Of a stretch of 64,000 bases of DNA, positions 42,372 through 52,112 are shown piece after piece. The notes beneath the pieces are model-generated. The model saw nothing but the letters and a program-made list of their open reading frames with translations, was not told the origin of the DNA and did no database searches. The position numbers and the translations under genes were made by a program. Origin of the DNA: an uncultured delta proteobacterium. GTDB lineage: Bacteria; Desulfobacterota; Desulfobacteria; Desulfobacterales; JAHEIW01. Numbering within the stretch: the first letter of the stretch is position 1; every line of letters begins with the position of its first letter. The DNA is taken from NCBI GenBank assembly GCA_963706575.1, contig CAVPNL010000009.1, forward strand, positions 64,001 to 128,000, given 5' to 3'.

Positions 42372-42525
42372 AAATCTTTTGATAATTTAGAAAATCATAA
42401 TCGATAATATTTATAATAAAATCAGGAAAAAACAGATCGAGAGGAGGTGACTTCCGGCAAATCCCTGGAGGGGAAGATGATTTTTATAGTTGAAGCGAAA
42501 TTACTAACAAATATGGAGGTAAATA

Positions 42526-43839
42526 ATGGCAAAACATAAAACCCCGTTGTTGGACCAGCTTGAAAGCGGGCCGTGGCCGAGCTTTGTTTCGGATTTGAAA
42601 CAACAGGCCGAAGTCAGGGCAAAAAACAAGGAGAAAGTCGAGTTTCAGATTCCTGTGGACGTTGTTGAAGATCTTTTGGGCATAATGGAGCTTTCTTTCA
42701 AACACGGCAGAACCCATTGGAAACACGGTGGAATCGTTGGCGTGTTCGGCTATGGCGGTGGTGTTATCGGTCGCTATTGCGATCAGCCTCAAGCGTTTCC
42801 GGGTGTGGCACACTTCCATACCATGCGTGTCAATCAGCCGGGCGGCAAATTTTATACCGCCGAATATTTACGACAGCTCTGTGATCTTTGGGATTTCCGC
42901 GGCAGCGGTATCACCAACATGCACGGCTCTACCGGCGACATTATTTTTCTGGGTACCACCACCCCCCAGCTGGAAGAAATCTTCTATGAGATGACTCACA
43001 AATTCAACCAGGACCTGGGCGGCTCGGGTTCCAACCTGCGGACACCCTCGGACTGCATCGGTCAGGCACGTTGCGAATACGCCTGCTACGACACCCAGGC
43101 CCTCTGCTATCATCTGACCCAGGAATATCAGGATGAGCTGCACCGGCCGGCATTTCCCTATAAGTTCAAATTTAAATTTGACGGTTGTCCCAACTGCTGT
43201 GTGGCTTCGATCGCCCGAGCGGACATGTCCTATATCGGCACCTGGAGAGATGACATCCGTATTGATGAGGAAGCGGTCCAGGCTTACATCGGCGGCGAGA
43301 TTGCGCCCAATGCCGGCGACCACAGCGGTCGCGACTGGGGCGCATTCGACATCCAGAAAGAAGTCATTGATCTTTGCCCCACTGAATGCATGTGGATGGA
43401 AGGCGGTAAGCTCATGATCGATAACAAGGAGTGCAACCGCTGCATGCACTGTATCAACGTTATGCCCAGGGCGCTGCGAATTGGAAAAGATACCGGCCTT
43501 TCCATTCTGGTCGGTGCCAAGGCCCCGATTCTCGATGGTGCCCAGATGAGTTCCATGCTGGTTCCCTTTGTCAAAGCCGAGGAACCTTACGACGAGATCA
43601 AGGAAGTCATTGAGGCGATCTGGGATTGGTGGATGGAAGAAGGCAAGAACCGCGAGCGGCTCGGCGAGCTGATGAAACGCCAGGGCTTCCAGAGACTGCT
43701 GGAGGCCACCGGCATTCAGCCCGATCCGCGCATGGTTCAGGAGCCACGATCCAACCCCTACATTTTCTGGAAAGAAGATGAAGTTGAGGGCGGATTCAAA
43801 CGAGATATCAACGAATTTAGAAAATATCATCAGAGATAG
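42526..43839 (+). CDS. dsrA: Dissimilatory sulfite reductase alpha subunit
   Basis: LESGPWPSFV, THWKHGGIVGVFGYGGG, CIGQARC...GCPNCC, ferredoxin motif CNRCMHC. Confidence 0.99.
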   Translation: MAKHKTPLLDQLESGPWPSFVSDLKQQAEVRAKNKEKVEFQIPVDVVEDLLGIMELSFKHGRTHWKHGGIVGVFGYGGGVIGRYCDQPQAFPGVAHFHTMRVNQPGGKFYTAEYLRQLCDLWDFRGSGITNMHGSTGDIIFLGTTTPQLEEIFYEMTHKFNQDLGGSGSNLRTPSDCIGQARCEYACYDTQALCYHLTQEYQDELHRPAFPYKFKFKFDGCPNCCVASIARADMSYIGTWRDDIRIDEEAVQAYIGGEIAPNAGDHSGRDWGAFDIQKEVIDLCPTECMWMEGGKLMIDNKECNRCMHCINVMPRALRIGKDTGLSILVGAKAPILDGAQMSSMLVPFVKAEEPYDEIKEVIEAIWDWWMEEGKNRERLGELMKRQGFQRLLEATGIQPDPRMVQEPRSNPYIFWKEDEVEGGFKRDINEFRKYHQR

Positions 43840-43851
43840 GGGGATAAGACC

Positions 43852-44997
43852 ATGGCATTTGTATCATCAGGTTACAATCCTGACAAACCGATGGAAGATC
43901 GGATTTCAGATATCGGTCCTAAAAAATACGACGAATTTTATCCGCCGGTGATTGCCAAAAACAAGGGCAAGTGGCTGTATCATGACGTTCTCAAACCCGG
44001 CGTTCTGGTGCATGTTGCCGAGTCCGGCGACAAAGTATGGACGGTGCGCTGTGGTGGCGCGCGTCTCATGAGCACCACCCACATCCGGGAAATCTGCGAC
44101 ATTGCGGAAAAGCACTGCGGCGGCCACTTGCGGTTTACCACCCGTAACAACATCGAGTTTATGGTCGACGACGAGAAGAAAGTCGATCCGCTGATCAAAG
44201 ATCTTGAAAGTCGCAAGTTTGACGGCGGCAGTTTCAAGTTCCCGGTGGGTGGAACCGGCACCGCCATTACCAACATCGTGCACACCCAGGGCTGGCTCCA
44301 TTGTCACACACCGGCCACCGATGCCTCCGGGCCCGTCAAGGCCACCATGGACGTGCTCTTTGATTACTTTAAAGAGCACAAATTGCCGGCCAAGCTGCGC
44401 GTATCTCTGGCCTGCTGCCTGAACATGTGCGGTGCGGTCCATTGTTCCGATATCGCCATTTTGGGCTACCATCGCAAACCGCCGTTACTGGACCACGAAT
44501 ATCTGGATAAGATGTGCGAGATCCCGCTGGCCATCGCGGCCTGCCCGACGGCAGCCATCAAGCCGGCCAAGATTGAGGTCGGAGGCGAAAAGGTTAACAG
44601 TGTGGCCGTCAATGAACCCCGCTGTATGTTCTGCGGCAACTGTTACACCATGTGCCCCTCCATGCCGCTGGCCGACACAGAAGGTGACGGCATCGTCATC
44701 ATGGCCGGGGGCAAGGTGTCCAACCGCATCAGCGCACCGAAGTTTTCCAAGGTCGTCGTGGCGTTTATTCCGAATGAGCCGCCGCGCTGGCCCAAAACAA
44801 CGGATACCATCAAACAGATCGTGCAGGCCTATGAGAAAGGCGCCAATAAATACGAGCGTCTGGGTGAATGGGCCGAACGTATCGGATGGGAACGATTCTT
44901 TGAGAAATGTGAACTGGAATTTACCCACCATCTGATCGATGATTTCCGTGATCCGGCCTACTTCACATGGCGCCAGACCACGCAATTTAAGTTTTAA
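43852..44997 (+). CDS. dsrB: Dissimilatory sulfite reductase beta subunit
   Basis: [48 protein letters not shown]. Confidence 0.99.
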   Translation: MAFVSSGYNPDKPMEDRISDIGPKKYDEFYPPVIAKNKGKWLYHDVLKPGVLVHVAESGDKVWTVRCGGARLMSTTHIREICDIAEKHCGGHLRFTTRNNIEFMVDDEKKVDPLIKDLESRKFDGGSFKFPVGGTGTAITNIVHTQGWLHCHTPATDASGPVKATMDVLFDYFKEHKLPAKLRVSLACCLNMCGAVHCSDIAILGYHRKPPLLDHEYLDKMCEIPLAIAACPTAAIKPAKIEVGGEKVNSVAVNEPRCMFCGNCYTMCPSMPLADTEGDGIVIMAGGKVSNRISAPKFSKVVVAFIPNEPPRWPKTTDTIKQIVQAYEKGANKYERLGEWAERIGWERFFEKCELEFTHHLIDDFRDPAYFTWRQTTQFKF

Positions 44998-45012
44998 GCG
45001 CTGAATCAAACC

Positions 45013-45050
45013 TGCAGGGGGTATGCCCCAAGGGGTGCCCCCTGCATTTT
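45013..45050 (+). terminator. GC-rich hairpin between dsrB and dsrD
   Basis: TGCAGGGGGTATGCCCCAAGGGGTGCCCCCTGCA followed by TTTT. Confidence 0.5.
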
Positions 45051-45067
45051 GCTGAAAAGAGGGAATT

Positions 45068-45313
45068 ATGGCTCTGGAATACGAGGAATCAAAAGAGAAA
45101 CTAGTAGCAGCATTGCAAAAGAAATTAAAAACCAAGTCCAAATTTTATTTTAATGACCTGGCCAAAATTTTGGAGGCCAAACCGCGTGAGGCCAAGAAGG
45201 TAATTAACCAGATGGTGCAGGAAGAGATTCTGGAATACTGGTCCAGCGGCAGTACGTCATTATACGGACTCAAAGGCACCGGCAAACAGGCACACGCTGA
45301 AGACGAAGACTAG
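45068..45313 (+). CDS. dsrD: Dissimilatory sulfite reductase D protein
   Basis: KSKFYFND, LEYWSSGST, YGLKG. Confidence 0.97.
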   Translation: MALEYEESKEKLVAALQKKLKTKSKFYFNDLAKILEAKPREAKKVINQMVQEEILEYWSSGSTSLYGLKGTGKQAHAEDED

Positions 45314-45356
45314 GCGGTTTTAATTTGCCGAAGGCCGGATTAATTTTTTTTGATTT

Positions 45357-46871
45357 TTGAACACCATTTCAAAACAGCCGGATAGTGCGGGTTTTTCCCG
45401 TATCATGATTGCCGCTTTACGCGGAGGTTCCGGTAAGACCATACTTTCCACCGGATTGATTGCCGCGTGGAAAAAATGCAATAAGTCCATCGCACCGTTT
45501 AAAAAAGGTCCGGATTATATCGATACGGGCTGGTTGGCCCTGGCGGCCGGCCGGCCCTGTTATAATCTGGACACCTTCCTTTTAGAGACGCCTCAAATTT
45601 TACAGTCCTTTATCGCGCACACCCACCAAGATGATATTGCCGTTATCGAGGGCAACCGCGGGCTTTATGACGCTATCGATCTGGCCGGCAGCACCAGTAC
45701 GGCCGAGCTGGCCAAATTGCTGAAGACCCCGGTATTGCTGTGTGTGGATTGCACCAAGATTACGCGCACGATGGCGGCGGTCATTTCCGGCTTAATTCAG
45801 TTTGATCCGGATGTGATGATTAAAGGGGTCGTGCTCAACCGGGTGGCGGGTTCGCGCCACGAACGCATCCTGCGCGATAACATCGAACACTATTGCGGGA
45901 TCCCGGTCCTGGGGGCCATACCGAAACTGAGAACCCAGATTTTTCCGGAGCGCCACATGGGCCTGGTGCCCACCCCCGAACATGACTGGGCCGGTGAATC
46001 CATTGATACGGCTGCACAGGTTGCCACCGAGCACATCGATTTAGACACGATTTATGAAATCATCCAGGATCTGCCGCCGCTCGAGGCGAAAGAGGACGGA
46101 GGGCAGAGGACAGAGATCAGAGGTCAGCCTGCGACGAGCTCAGCCGAGTCGAAGACAGAAGACAGAAGACAGAAAACAGACGGTCACATTAAAAAGGCCG
46201 ACAGAATTTCAATCGAGGATTTTCCACCCTGCATCGGTATTATAAAGGATTCTGCCTTTCAGTTTTATTATCCGGAAAACATTGATGCCCTTAAAGTGGC
46301 CGGTGCGGAAATCGTTTTTATCAGCCCTTTGGCGCAAAATCATTTGCCGGCACTGGATGCGCTGTACATCGGAGGTGGATTTCCGGAAACGCATGCGCAA
46401 GAACTGGCGCAGAATGAAAGTTTCCGAAAAGAGCTGAAGGCCATGGCCGAAGACGGCCTGCCGATTTACGCGGAATGCGGCGGACTGATGTATCTGGGTG
46501 AAGAACTGGTACTGGAAAAAAAGGCATATCCCATGGTTGGGGTATTGCCGCTGACCTTTGATTTTTATTCCCGGCCCCAGGGGCACGGGTATACGGTTGT
46601 GACCGTCGAAAACGAGAATCCTTTTTATGAAGTCGGTGCTGAGATCCGGGGGCACGAGTTTCACTATTCCCGGGTGCTGCAATGGAGCGGTGATGAAAAG
46701 GATCTGATCTTCCGCATGCAAAGGGGCGTCGGAATTACCAAAGACAAAGACGGCCTCTGTTACAAAAACGTGCTGGCCACTTACACCCACATCCACGCCC
46801 TGGGTACCCCGCATTGGGCGCGGGCAATGGTTCGGAATGCAATTGCCTATCAAAAGAAAAAAGCGCAATGA
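45357..46871 (+). CDS. dsrN: Cobyrinate a,c-diamide synthase-like siroheme amidase DsrN
   Basis: GGSGKT, FKKGPDYID, IEGNRGLYD, PERHMGL, YIGGGFPE, AECGGLMYL, GHEFHYS; position after dsrD. Confidence 0.92.
   Translation: MNTISKQPDSAGFSRIMIAALRGGSGKTILSTGLIAAWKKCNKSIAPFKKGPDYIDTGWLALAAGRPCYNLDTFLLETPQILQSFIAHTHQDDIAVIEGNRGLYDAIDLAGSTSTAELAKLLKTPVLLCVDCTKITRTMAAVISGLIQFDPDVMIKGVVLNRVAGSRHERILRDNIEHYCGIPVLGAIPKLRTQIFPERHMGLVPTPEHDWAGESIDTAAQVATEHIDLDTIYEIIQDLPPLEAKEDGGQRTEIRGQPATSSAESKTEDRRQKTDGHIKKADRISIEDFPPCIGIIKDSAFQFYYPENIDALKVAGAEIVFISPLAQNHLPALDALYIGGGFPETHAQELAQNESFRKELKAMAEDGLPIYAECGGLMYLGEELVLEKKAYPMVGVLPLTFDFYSRPQGHGYTVVTVENENPFYEVGAEIRGHEFHYSRVLQWSGDEKDLIFRMQRGVGITKDKDGLCYKNVLATYTHIHALGTPHWARAMVRNAIAYQKKKAQ
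46091..46185 (+). repeat. 7-nt periodic repeat inserted in frame in dsrN
   Basis: agaggac-ggagggc-agaggac-agagatc-agaggtc-ag[cctgcgacgagctcagccgagtc]gaagac-agaagac-agaagac-agaaaac-agac. Confidence 0.8.
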
Positions 46872-46881
46872 AGCAGCGGTG

Positions 46882-47694
46882 ATGGATATTGATGGGATTC
46901 GAAACGCGCTTCTTGAAAATGTGGCTTCATCGCCTGCCCGCTTAACGCCGCAGCATCTTGCAAAAACCATCTTAGAAACATACCGCCTCGATAAAACCCG
47001 CGCCAAAGCCGTGCTAAAAGGCTTAGTTGCCCGGGGCCAACTGGAATACACCTATGAGTTCGGCAGCACCTATCTGGTGAGATCTTTCAACGAACCGGTT
47101 CGCATTTCGGACCATGTGGTCGTCAGGCCGCCGGGGCGCCGATATCAGCCCGCACCCGATGAGGTGGTTATTCAAATTAAACCCGGGGCCGCTTTCGGCG
47201 ACGGCCGGCATCCGACCACACGACTTTCGGTTAAAGCCATTGAATTTCTGCTGAAAAAAGTGCGCCCGGACTGGCTGAATGCAAATGGCTCTGTGCTGGA
47301 CATCGGAACCGGGTCGGGTATTCTGGCGATTGCTGCCGTATGCATGGGGGTTAATAAGGGACTGGCGATTGATTTTGATTCCTGTGCCATTGCAGAGGCC
47401 ACAGAAAATATTGCACTCAATCATCTGGAGGGTCAGCTGGTCGTATCTGACCGCCAGTTGGATACCCTGCATCGGTCATTTTCAATGGTCATTGCCAACT
47501 TGCGCTATCCGAGCCTGAAAAATATTTATCCCCAAATTACAAAGCGAACCGATACCTGCGGCGGGGTGGTATTATCCGGTTTCCGCCTTCATGAACGGAG
47601 TGATTTGATGGATCTTTATACCGCCAAACACTTTGAATGTATCTGGACCGCCGATGAACTCGAGTGGGAGGCAGTTGTATTGAAAAAGATATAA
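46882..47694 (+). CDS. PrmA-like SAM-dependent methyltransferase with DsrD-like N-terminal winged helix
   Basis: PGAAFGDGRHPTT, VLDIGTGSGILAI, VIANL, VLSGF; N-term LAKTILE...AKAV...LV....LEY....GSTYL. Confidence 0.85.
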   Translation: MDIDGIRNALLENVASSPARLTPQHLAKTILETYRLDKTRAKAVLKGLVARGQLEYTYEFGSTYLVRSFNEPVRISDHVVVRPPGRRYQPAPDEVVIQIKPGAAFGDGRHPTTRLSVKAIEFLLKKVRPDWLNANGSVLDIGTGSGILAIAAVCMGVNKGLAIDFDSCAIAEATENIALNHLEGQLVVSDRQLDTLHRSFSMVIANLRYPSLKNIYPQITKRTDTCGGVVLSGFRLHERSDLMDLYTAKHFECIWTADELEWEAVVLKKI

Positions 47695-47763
47695 ACAGTT
47701 AGGAGAGGTGATATTCTCAGATAAAAACAAATTAAGGAACTACCAACAAAGTGCTTTGTTTTT

Positions 47764-47800
47764 AAAAAAAGGCCGGCATATGGGAAATGCCGGCCTTTTT
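47764..47800. terminator. Bidirectional intrinsic terminator
   Basis: AAAAAAAGGCCGGCAT-atgggaa-ATGCCGGCCTTTTT between convergent genes. Confidence 0.85.
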
Positions 47801-47823
47801 ATGATTCGATCTGCTATTCTTCC

Positions 47824-48309
47824 TTATTCGTCTTTTGAACCCGGATGGCACTTGGCACAGGTTGTCGGCGCTTTTTTGGGCTTATATTTTTTGTTGAACT
47901 TTTTGTGACACCCCTTGCAGTTTTCATGCAGCGCTTCGGCATGATAATCTTTTATTTTTTCTTTTTTAGAAAGTTTTTTCTTGGCTTTCTTACCCTTGGG
48001 GGCTTCAGCCGCTATTTTGTGACACTCGATACACTTTTGAACATCGTCGCCTTCTTTCAGGTTGGAAAGCGGCTTGTTGTCTTTGTCATGGTGACAGTCT
48101 CCGCAGCCGTTTTTGTAGAGATCCGGATAGGCTTTGGCGTATTCTTTCTGGTGTTTTCCATGGCTAAACTCCACGACCCCTTTTTTGTGCTCCTTATAGG
48201 CCGGGTCCTCCAATTTGATTACATCCGGAGCTGTTTTAGCATAAATTCCGGCAGCAACAAACAGGGCAGCACAGCTTACAACAATCAAAACCAGCAGCTT
48301 TTTATTCAT
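47824..48309 (-). CDS. Tetraheme cytochrome c3
   Basis: Signal peptide; FSHGKH; CGDCH, CIECH, CKGCH, CAKCH. Confidence 0.93.
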   Translation of the reverse strand: MNKKLLVLIVVSCAALFVAAGIYAKTAPDVIKLEDPAYKEHKKGVVEFSHGKHQKEYAKAYPDLYKNGCGDCHHDKDNKPLSNLKEGDDVQKCIECHKIAAEAPKGKKAKKKLSKKEKIKDYHAEALHENCKGCHKKFNKKYKPKKAPTTCAKCHPGSKDE

Positions 48310-48629
48310 GGCTTTTTATCCCCCTCCTTTGCTCATCAATTTTCCTTTATCCATTATCCATTCTTTCCAAGCTTAGCCTGATTCCTTATCAGCCCAAAAT
48401 CATTCTGTCAATCACAAACATAGTTCCAATAAAAAGTATAACATTTTGAAATAATGTAATAAATATTTATCGGTCAAAGCTGAATTTCAGAAATTAAATG
48501 GTTGAAACGGGATTTTCCACCGATCGGGTAAAAAAGACGTTTTATTGCTGAAAAAAGACGACAAATTATTCAAAAGATATTGTTTCAGGCGGGGTTTTCA
48601 AGAGGATCATGAATCCGGCTGCCTGGAAT

Positions 48630-49400
48630 CTAAGATGCACGCTGCTCGGCTTTGTCTTCCTCGGCCTCTGGCGCCGGCTTTTTTTTGCCGAAAAGCCGGG
48701 CACCGATAATGCTGAGCTCATACATAAGTATCAGCGGAACGGCCATCATGACCTGGGTGACTACATCCGGCGGGGTTAGGATGGCGGCGCCGGCAAAAAA
48801 TAGCAACAGCGCATATTTGCGGTTACGTTTGAGGAAGTCTACCGAAACAATTCCCAGGCGTGCCAGAAAGGTTAAAACCATCGGAAGCTCAAATACCAGC
48901 CCGAAGGCCAATAACAGCTTGGCCGAAAAAGCCAGATACTCTTTCATGGAGGGAAGGGGCCGGATGGATTCGGTGGCGAACCCCAAGAAAAATTTAAAGC
49001 CCCAGGGAAACACAATAAAATACCCGAAAAGGGCGCCGGCAATGAAAAAGAACGAGGAGAGGATAACCACCGGGGCCATCAGGCGGCGTTCTTTTTGGTA
49101 TAAGCCCGGCGCGACAAACATCCAGAATTGATACAGGAGGACCGGACTGGCCAGCATCAAGCCGGCTAGCAGCGACACTTTCAGGTAAGTGAAAAATGCT
49201 TCAGGCAGACCGGTGAAGATCAGATGATCGCCGTGTTCCATCACTTTTACCAGCGGCCGGACCAGGATATTAAACAGAATCTCTTTGAAAGCGTAAGACG
49301 CGGCGAAACCGACGCCGACCGCAATAAAGCATTTGATCAACCGGCTTCTGAGCTCTTCGAGATGAGACGTAAACGGTATTTTTTCTTCCTCAGCGATCAT
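48630..49400 (-). CDS. tatC: Twin-arginine translocase TatC
   Basis: HLEELRSRL, YQFWMFVAPGL, FGLVFELP, ILTPPDVVTQ. Confidence 0.97.
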   Translation of the reverse strand: MIAEEEKIPFTSHLEELRSRLIKCFIAVGVGFAASYAFKEILFNILVRPLVKVMEHGDHLIFTGLPEAFFTYLKVSLLAGLMLASPVLLYQFWMFVAPGLYQKERRLMAPVVILSSFFFIAGALFGYFIVFPWGFKFFLGFATESIRPLPSMKEYLAFSAKLLLAFGLVFELPMVLTFLARLGIVSVDFLKRNRKYALLLFFAGAAILTPPDVVTQVMMAVPLILMYELSIIGARLFGKKKPAPEAEEDKAEQRAS

Positions 49401-49428
49401 CTTTTCCGGATCCCTGGTGCGGTCGTTC

Positions 49429-49836
49429 TTATTTTTCTGATGCGGTGCGGTCGGTGGCGTTTAATTCATCAAAGGCTTGTTTTACATTTTCCAGTTTGCC
49501 CTCTTTATCCGCTTTAACAGCCCCTTCGGCGTCTTTGCCATTCTGATCAACGTCTCCCCCGTCAGATTTGGACTCATCGGGACGTTTAAACTCAGCGGTT
49601 TCTTTTTTCAGGCTTACGGAGTCTTTGATATCTTCACCCAGACCATCGAAGGCTTTTTTTACATCAGACAGATCCTCATCAATCTGGATGGTTTCTTTAA
49701 ATTCATTGGTTGCTTTTTTAAATTCCCGCATTGCGCGGCCCAGTGATTTGGCCAGATCCGGCAGTTTTTTGGGACCGATTACAATCAGTGCGATTGCCAG
49801 TAACAATAGCAATTCGGGCATGCCGATGCCGAACAT
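49429..49836 (-). CDS. tatB: Twin-arginine translocase TatB (TatA/B family)
   Basis: MFGIGMPEL, IGPKKLPDLAKSLG; upstream of tatC. Confidence 0.85.
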   Translation of the reverse strand: MFGIGMPELLLLLAIALIVIGPKKLPDLAKSLGRAMREFKKATNEFKETIQIDEDLSDVKKAFDGLGEDIKDSVSLKKETAEFKRPDESKSDGGDVDQNGKDAEGAVKADKEGKLENVKQAFDELNATDRTASEK

Positions 49837-49957
49837 TTTTCACCTCTGGTGATCTATTTAATATCTTTTAAAAGGCTGTCTAGTACTGGTTTCGGGCACA
49901 AGTGTCAAGGATAACCGGTTCTTCAAAAGGGTGTATCAAACTCCCGCTAAGATTTTT

Positions 49958-50005
49958 AAACCCGAAATCCGAAACCCGAATTTCGGAACAATTTCAAAAT
50001 TCAAA
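49958..50005. repeat. 7-nt periodic arm (CCGAAA)
   Basis: aaacccgaaatccgaaacccgaatttcggaacaatttcaaaattcaaa. Confidence 0.6.
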
Positions 50006-50023
50006 CTCTGATAGTCGTATAAA

Positions 50024-51259
50024 TCATTTTGGTCTGTCCGGTTTTAAAATCAGAAAATACAGTTTGCCGGTGTGGGCTAGATGCCCGGCGGCAATTTCGG
50101 CATAGGGGCCGTTGCCCCAGAAAAGATCCGCCCGGCCCGGTCCCCGAATAGCGCCGCCGGTATCCTGGTTGAGCACAAAACGGTTGCAATCCACCCAGCT
50201 GTCGATCTGACTGGTACTGTCGACAATCGGTTTTTTTGTTTGTATGAACGCCATAGCTGCCGGTGGAAAGATCCGTCTGTCCAGCGCAATGGATCGGCCA
50301 GGAGTTAACAAAACATTGATATAACCCAGGGGGCCTTCGGGCTCAATCTTGAAAAAGACATAGCTGGGATTGTGGTTAAAAACGGACGTCATTTCCTCCG
50401 GATGGGCCTCTAAATAGGAACGGATTCTTTGCATGGACATTTCTTCTTTGGGTATTTTTTGCTCTTCGATTAAAAGGCCGCCGATGGCACGGTATGGTCG
50501 TCCGTTGGTCCCGTGATAGTGCACATTGATGACCTCTCCGGTATCCAGAAAAACTTTGCCGGAGCCCTGTATCTGTAAAAAGAACAAGTCCACCGGATCT
50601 TTTAGCCACGCCAGGGCTTCGGCTTTACCCGCAAGGACGTCGAATTCGTCGATTTCCCGACGGTCATAGTATGGGATAACGGTTTCCCCGGTATAACGAC
50701 CTACAATCGTTTCCCCCTTGTATTTGTCACTAAAAGCCGAAAGATCGATTTTTAATATGTCTCTTGGTAGTGCGTAAATTGGAAACCGGTATTCTTCGTC
50801 CTGATGTACACGGCCGCTTAAATGGGGCTCGTAATAGCCGGTAAACAAAACTTCGCCCTTTTGATCTCTGCCGACCGATTGATAAACGATGTAATTGGAA
50901 CGTATGAATTTTTTTAATTCCTTGCTGGAGGGGCTCGTCCGGATAAAATCAAGAAAAAGCTGCAGCGATTTTATCAAATGGGTGGCGTCAAAGCGGTCTG
51001 GGCCAAACTGATAGGTGCGTTCAGCCGGCACCCTTTGAAGATAGTCCAGGCTTTTTAAGATACTGTGTTCCAATCCATCAAGCGCCAGATCATCACTAAA
51101 ATCAGGATAGGAAAAAGTGGAGCGGCGGACCAATGCCCGTTCCTCCGGGGGTTTTTTAATGGGGGCCGGGCATCCCGCGATTAATGCCGTAAGGGCAACT
51201 GTTAATACCAGGGCGCATTTAGGATTCAGAAAAAGGCGGATCTTCATCGGTTTTGCCAT
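50024..51259 (-). CDS. mltA: Membrane-bound lytic murein transglycosylase A
   Basis: LIAG-C lipobox; LFTGYYEP, FFLQIQGSG, NPSYVFF, QDTGGAIRG..RADLFWG. Confidence 0.95.
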   Translation of the reverse strand: MAKPMKIRLFLNPKCALVLTVALTALIAGCPAPIKKPPEERALVRRSTFSYPDFSDDLALDGLEHSILKSLDYLQRVPAERTYQFGPDRFDATHLIKSLQLFLDFIRTSPSSKELKKFIRSNYIVYQSVGRDQKGEVLFTGYYEPHLSGRVHQDEEYRFPIYALPRDILKIDLSAFSDKYKGETIVGRYTGETVIPYYDRREIDEFDVLAGKAEALAWLKDPVDLFFLQIQGSGKVFLDTGEVINVHYHGTNGRPYRAIGGLLIEEQKIPKEEMSMQRIRSYLEAHPEEMTSVFNHNPSYVFFKIEPEGPLGYINVLLTPGRSIALDRRIFPPAAMAFIQTKKPIVDSTSQIDSWVDCNRFVLNQDTGGAIRGPGRADLFWGNGPYAEIAAGHLAHTGKLYFLILKPDRPK

Positions 51260-51735
51260 CCTTTGCGAACATACGTGCCGCTCTTGCCGCCGGATTTTTT
51301 CAACAACTGGATTTTTGAGATCGTCATTTCTTTATCGCTGGATTTACACATGTCATAGATGGTCAGCGCTGCAACCGAGACTGCCGTGATGGCTTCCATT
51401 TCAACACCGGTCTGATCGATGGCGCGCACCGCTGCTTCAATGCCAATGCAGCTTGCAGCGGCATCCGGCGAAAAGTCTACCTGGATATGGGTAATATTCA
51501 AGGGGTGGCACATGGGGATGAGTTCCGCGGTTTTCTTGGCGGCCATAATACCGGCAATACGGGCGGTCTCAAGGACATTGCCCTTTTTGACTTTCTGATT
51601 TTCAATCAATTCAAATGTCTCAGAATTCATAGAGATCATGCCACCGGCCACCGCCGTTCGTTCTGTGGCCTTCTTTGCGGTCACATCAACCATCCGGACG
51701 CGGCCCTCGTCATCCATATGTGTAAATGAAGACAT
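51244..51735 (-). CDS. moaC: Cyclic pyranopterin monophosphate synthase
   Basis: MVDVTAK, LIPMCHPL, TGVEMEA, YDMCK, KSGGKSG. Confidence 0.97.
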   Translation of the reverse strand: MSSFTHMDDEGRVRMVDVTAKKATERTAVAGGMISMNSETFELIENQKVKKGNVLETARIAGIMAAKKTAELIPMCHPLNITHIQVDFSPDAAASCIGIEAAVRAIDQTGVEMEAITAVSVAALTIYDMCKSSDKEMTISKIQLLKKSGGKSGTYVRKGWQNR

Positions 51736-52101
51736 TTATAGCTCCTTAAGATATTCTGTTTTTTTGGTTACCTTGGTTTTAATTGCGTCTAAGGTTTCCC
51801 TTAAAACAGAAATGACATTTTCCCGGATATCACCGGCCACCATTAAATGCATGATATCGTCGCCCACCGCAAGATTCTTGTTTTCGACGATGCTTACCTG
51901 GATATCGACAATACCGGGCTTTTGCGACTGCTCAATTACGAGTTTCTCTAATTTTGCATGATCTACGGTAACCTTAAGTCCTTTGACTTTGCGGCCGTCA
52001 CGGGCGGTAGCCCGGACCACTCCATTGTGACATAAGATCATGCCGACCTTTTCGAAATCCGGGTGTTTTTTGATTTCATCCAACATGCTAGCAATTTTCA
52101 T
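51736..52101 (-). CDS. moaE: Molybdopterin synthase large subunit MoaE-like
   Basis: GMILCHNGVVR, LAVGDD, VAGDIRE, KKTE; Moco context. Confidence 0.8.
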   Translation of the reverse strand: MKIASMLDEIKKHPDFEKVGMILCHNGVVRATARDGRKVKGLKVTVDHAKLEKLVIEQSQKPGIVDIQVSIVENKNLAVGDDIMHLMVAGDIRENVISVLRETLDAIKTKVTKKTEYLKEL

Positions 52102-52112
52102 CAGGCCACCTT

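Noticed and set aside
42490..42512. Possible Rex operator before dsrA
   Set aside because: Too many mismatches to TTGTGAA-N4-TTCACAA to support by eye
42868..45141. Long antisense ORFs over dsrA and dsrB (320, 188, 218 aa)
   Set aside because: Expected shadows of strongly codon-biased, highly expressed genes
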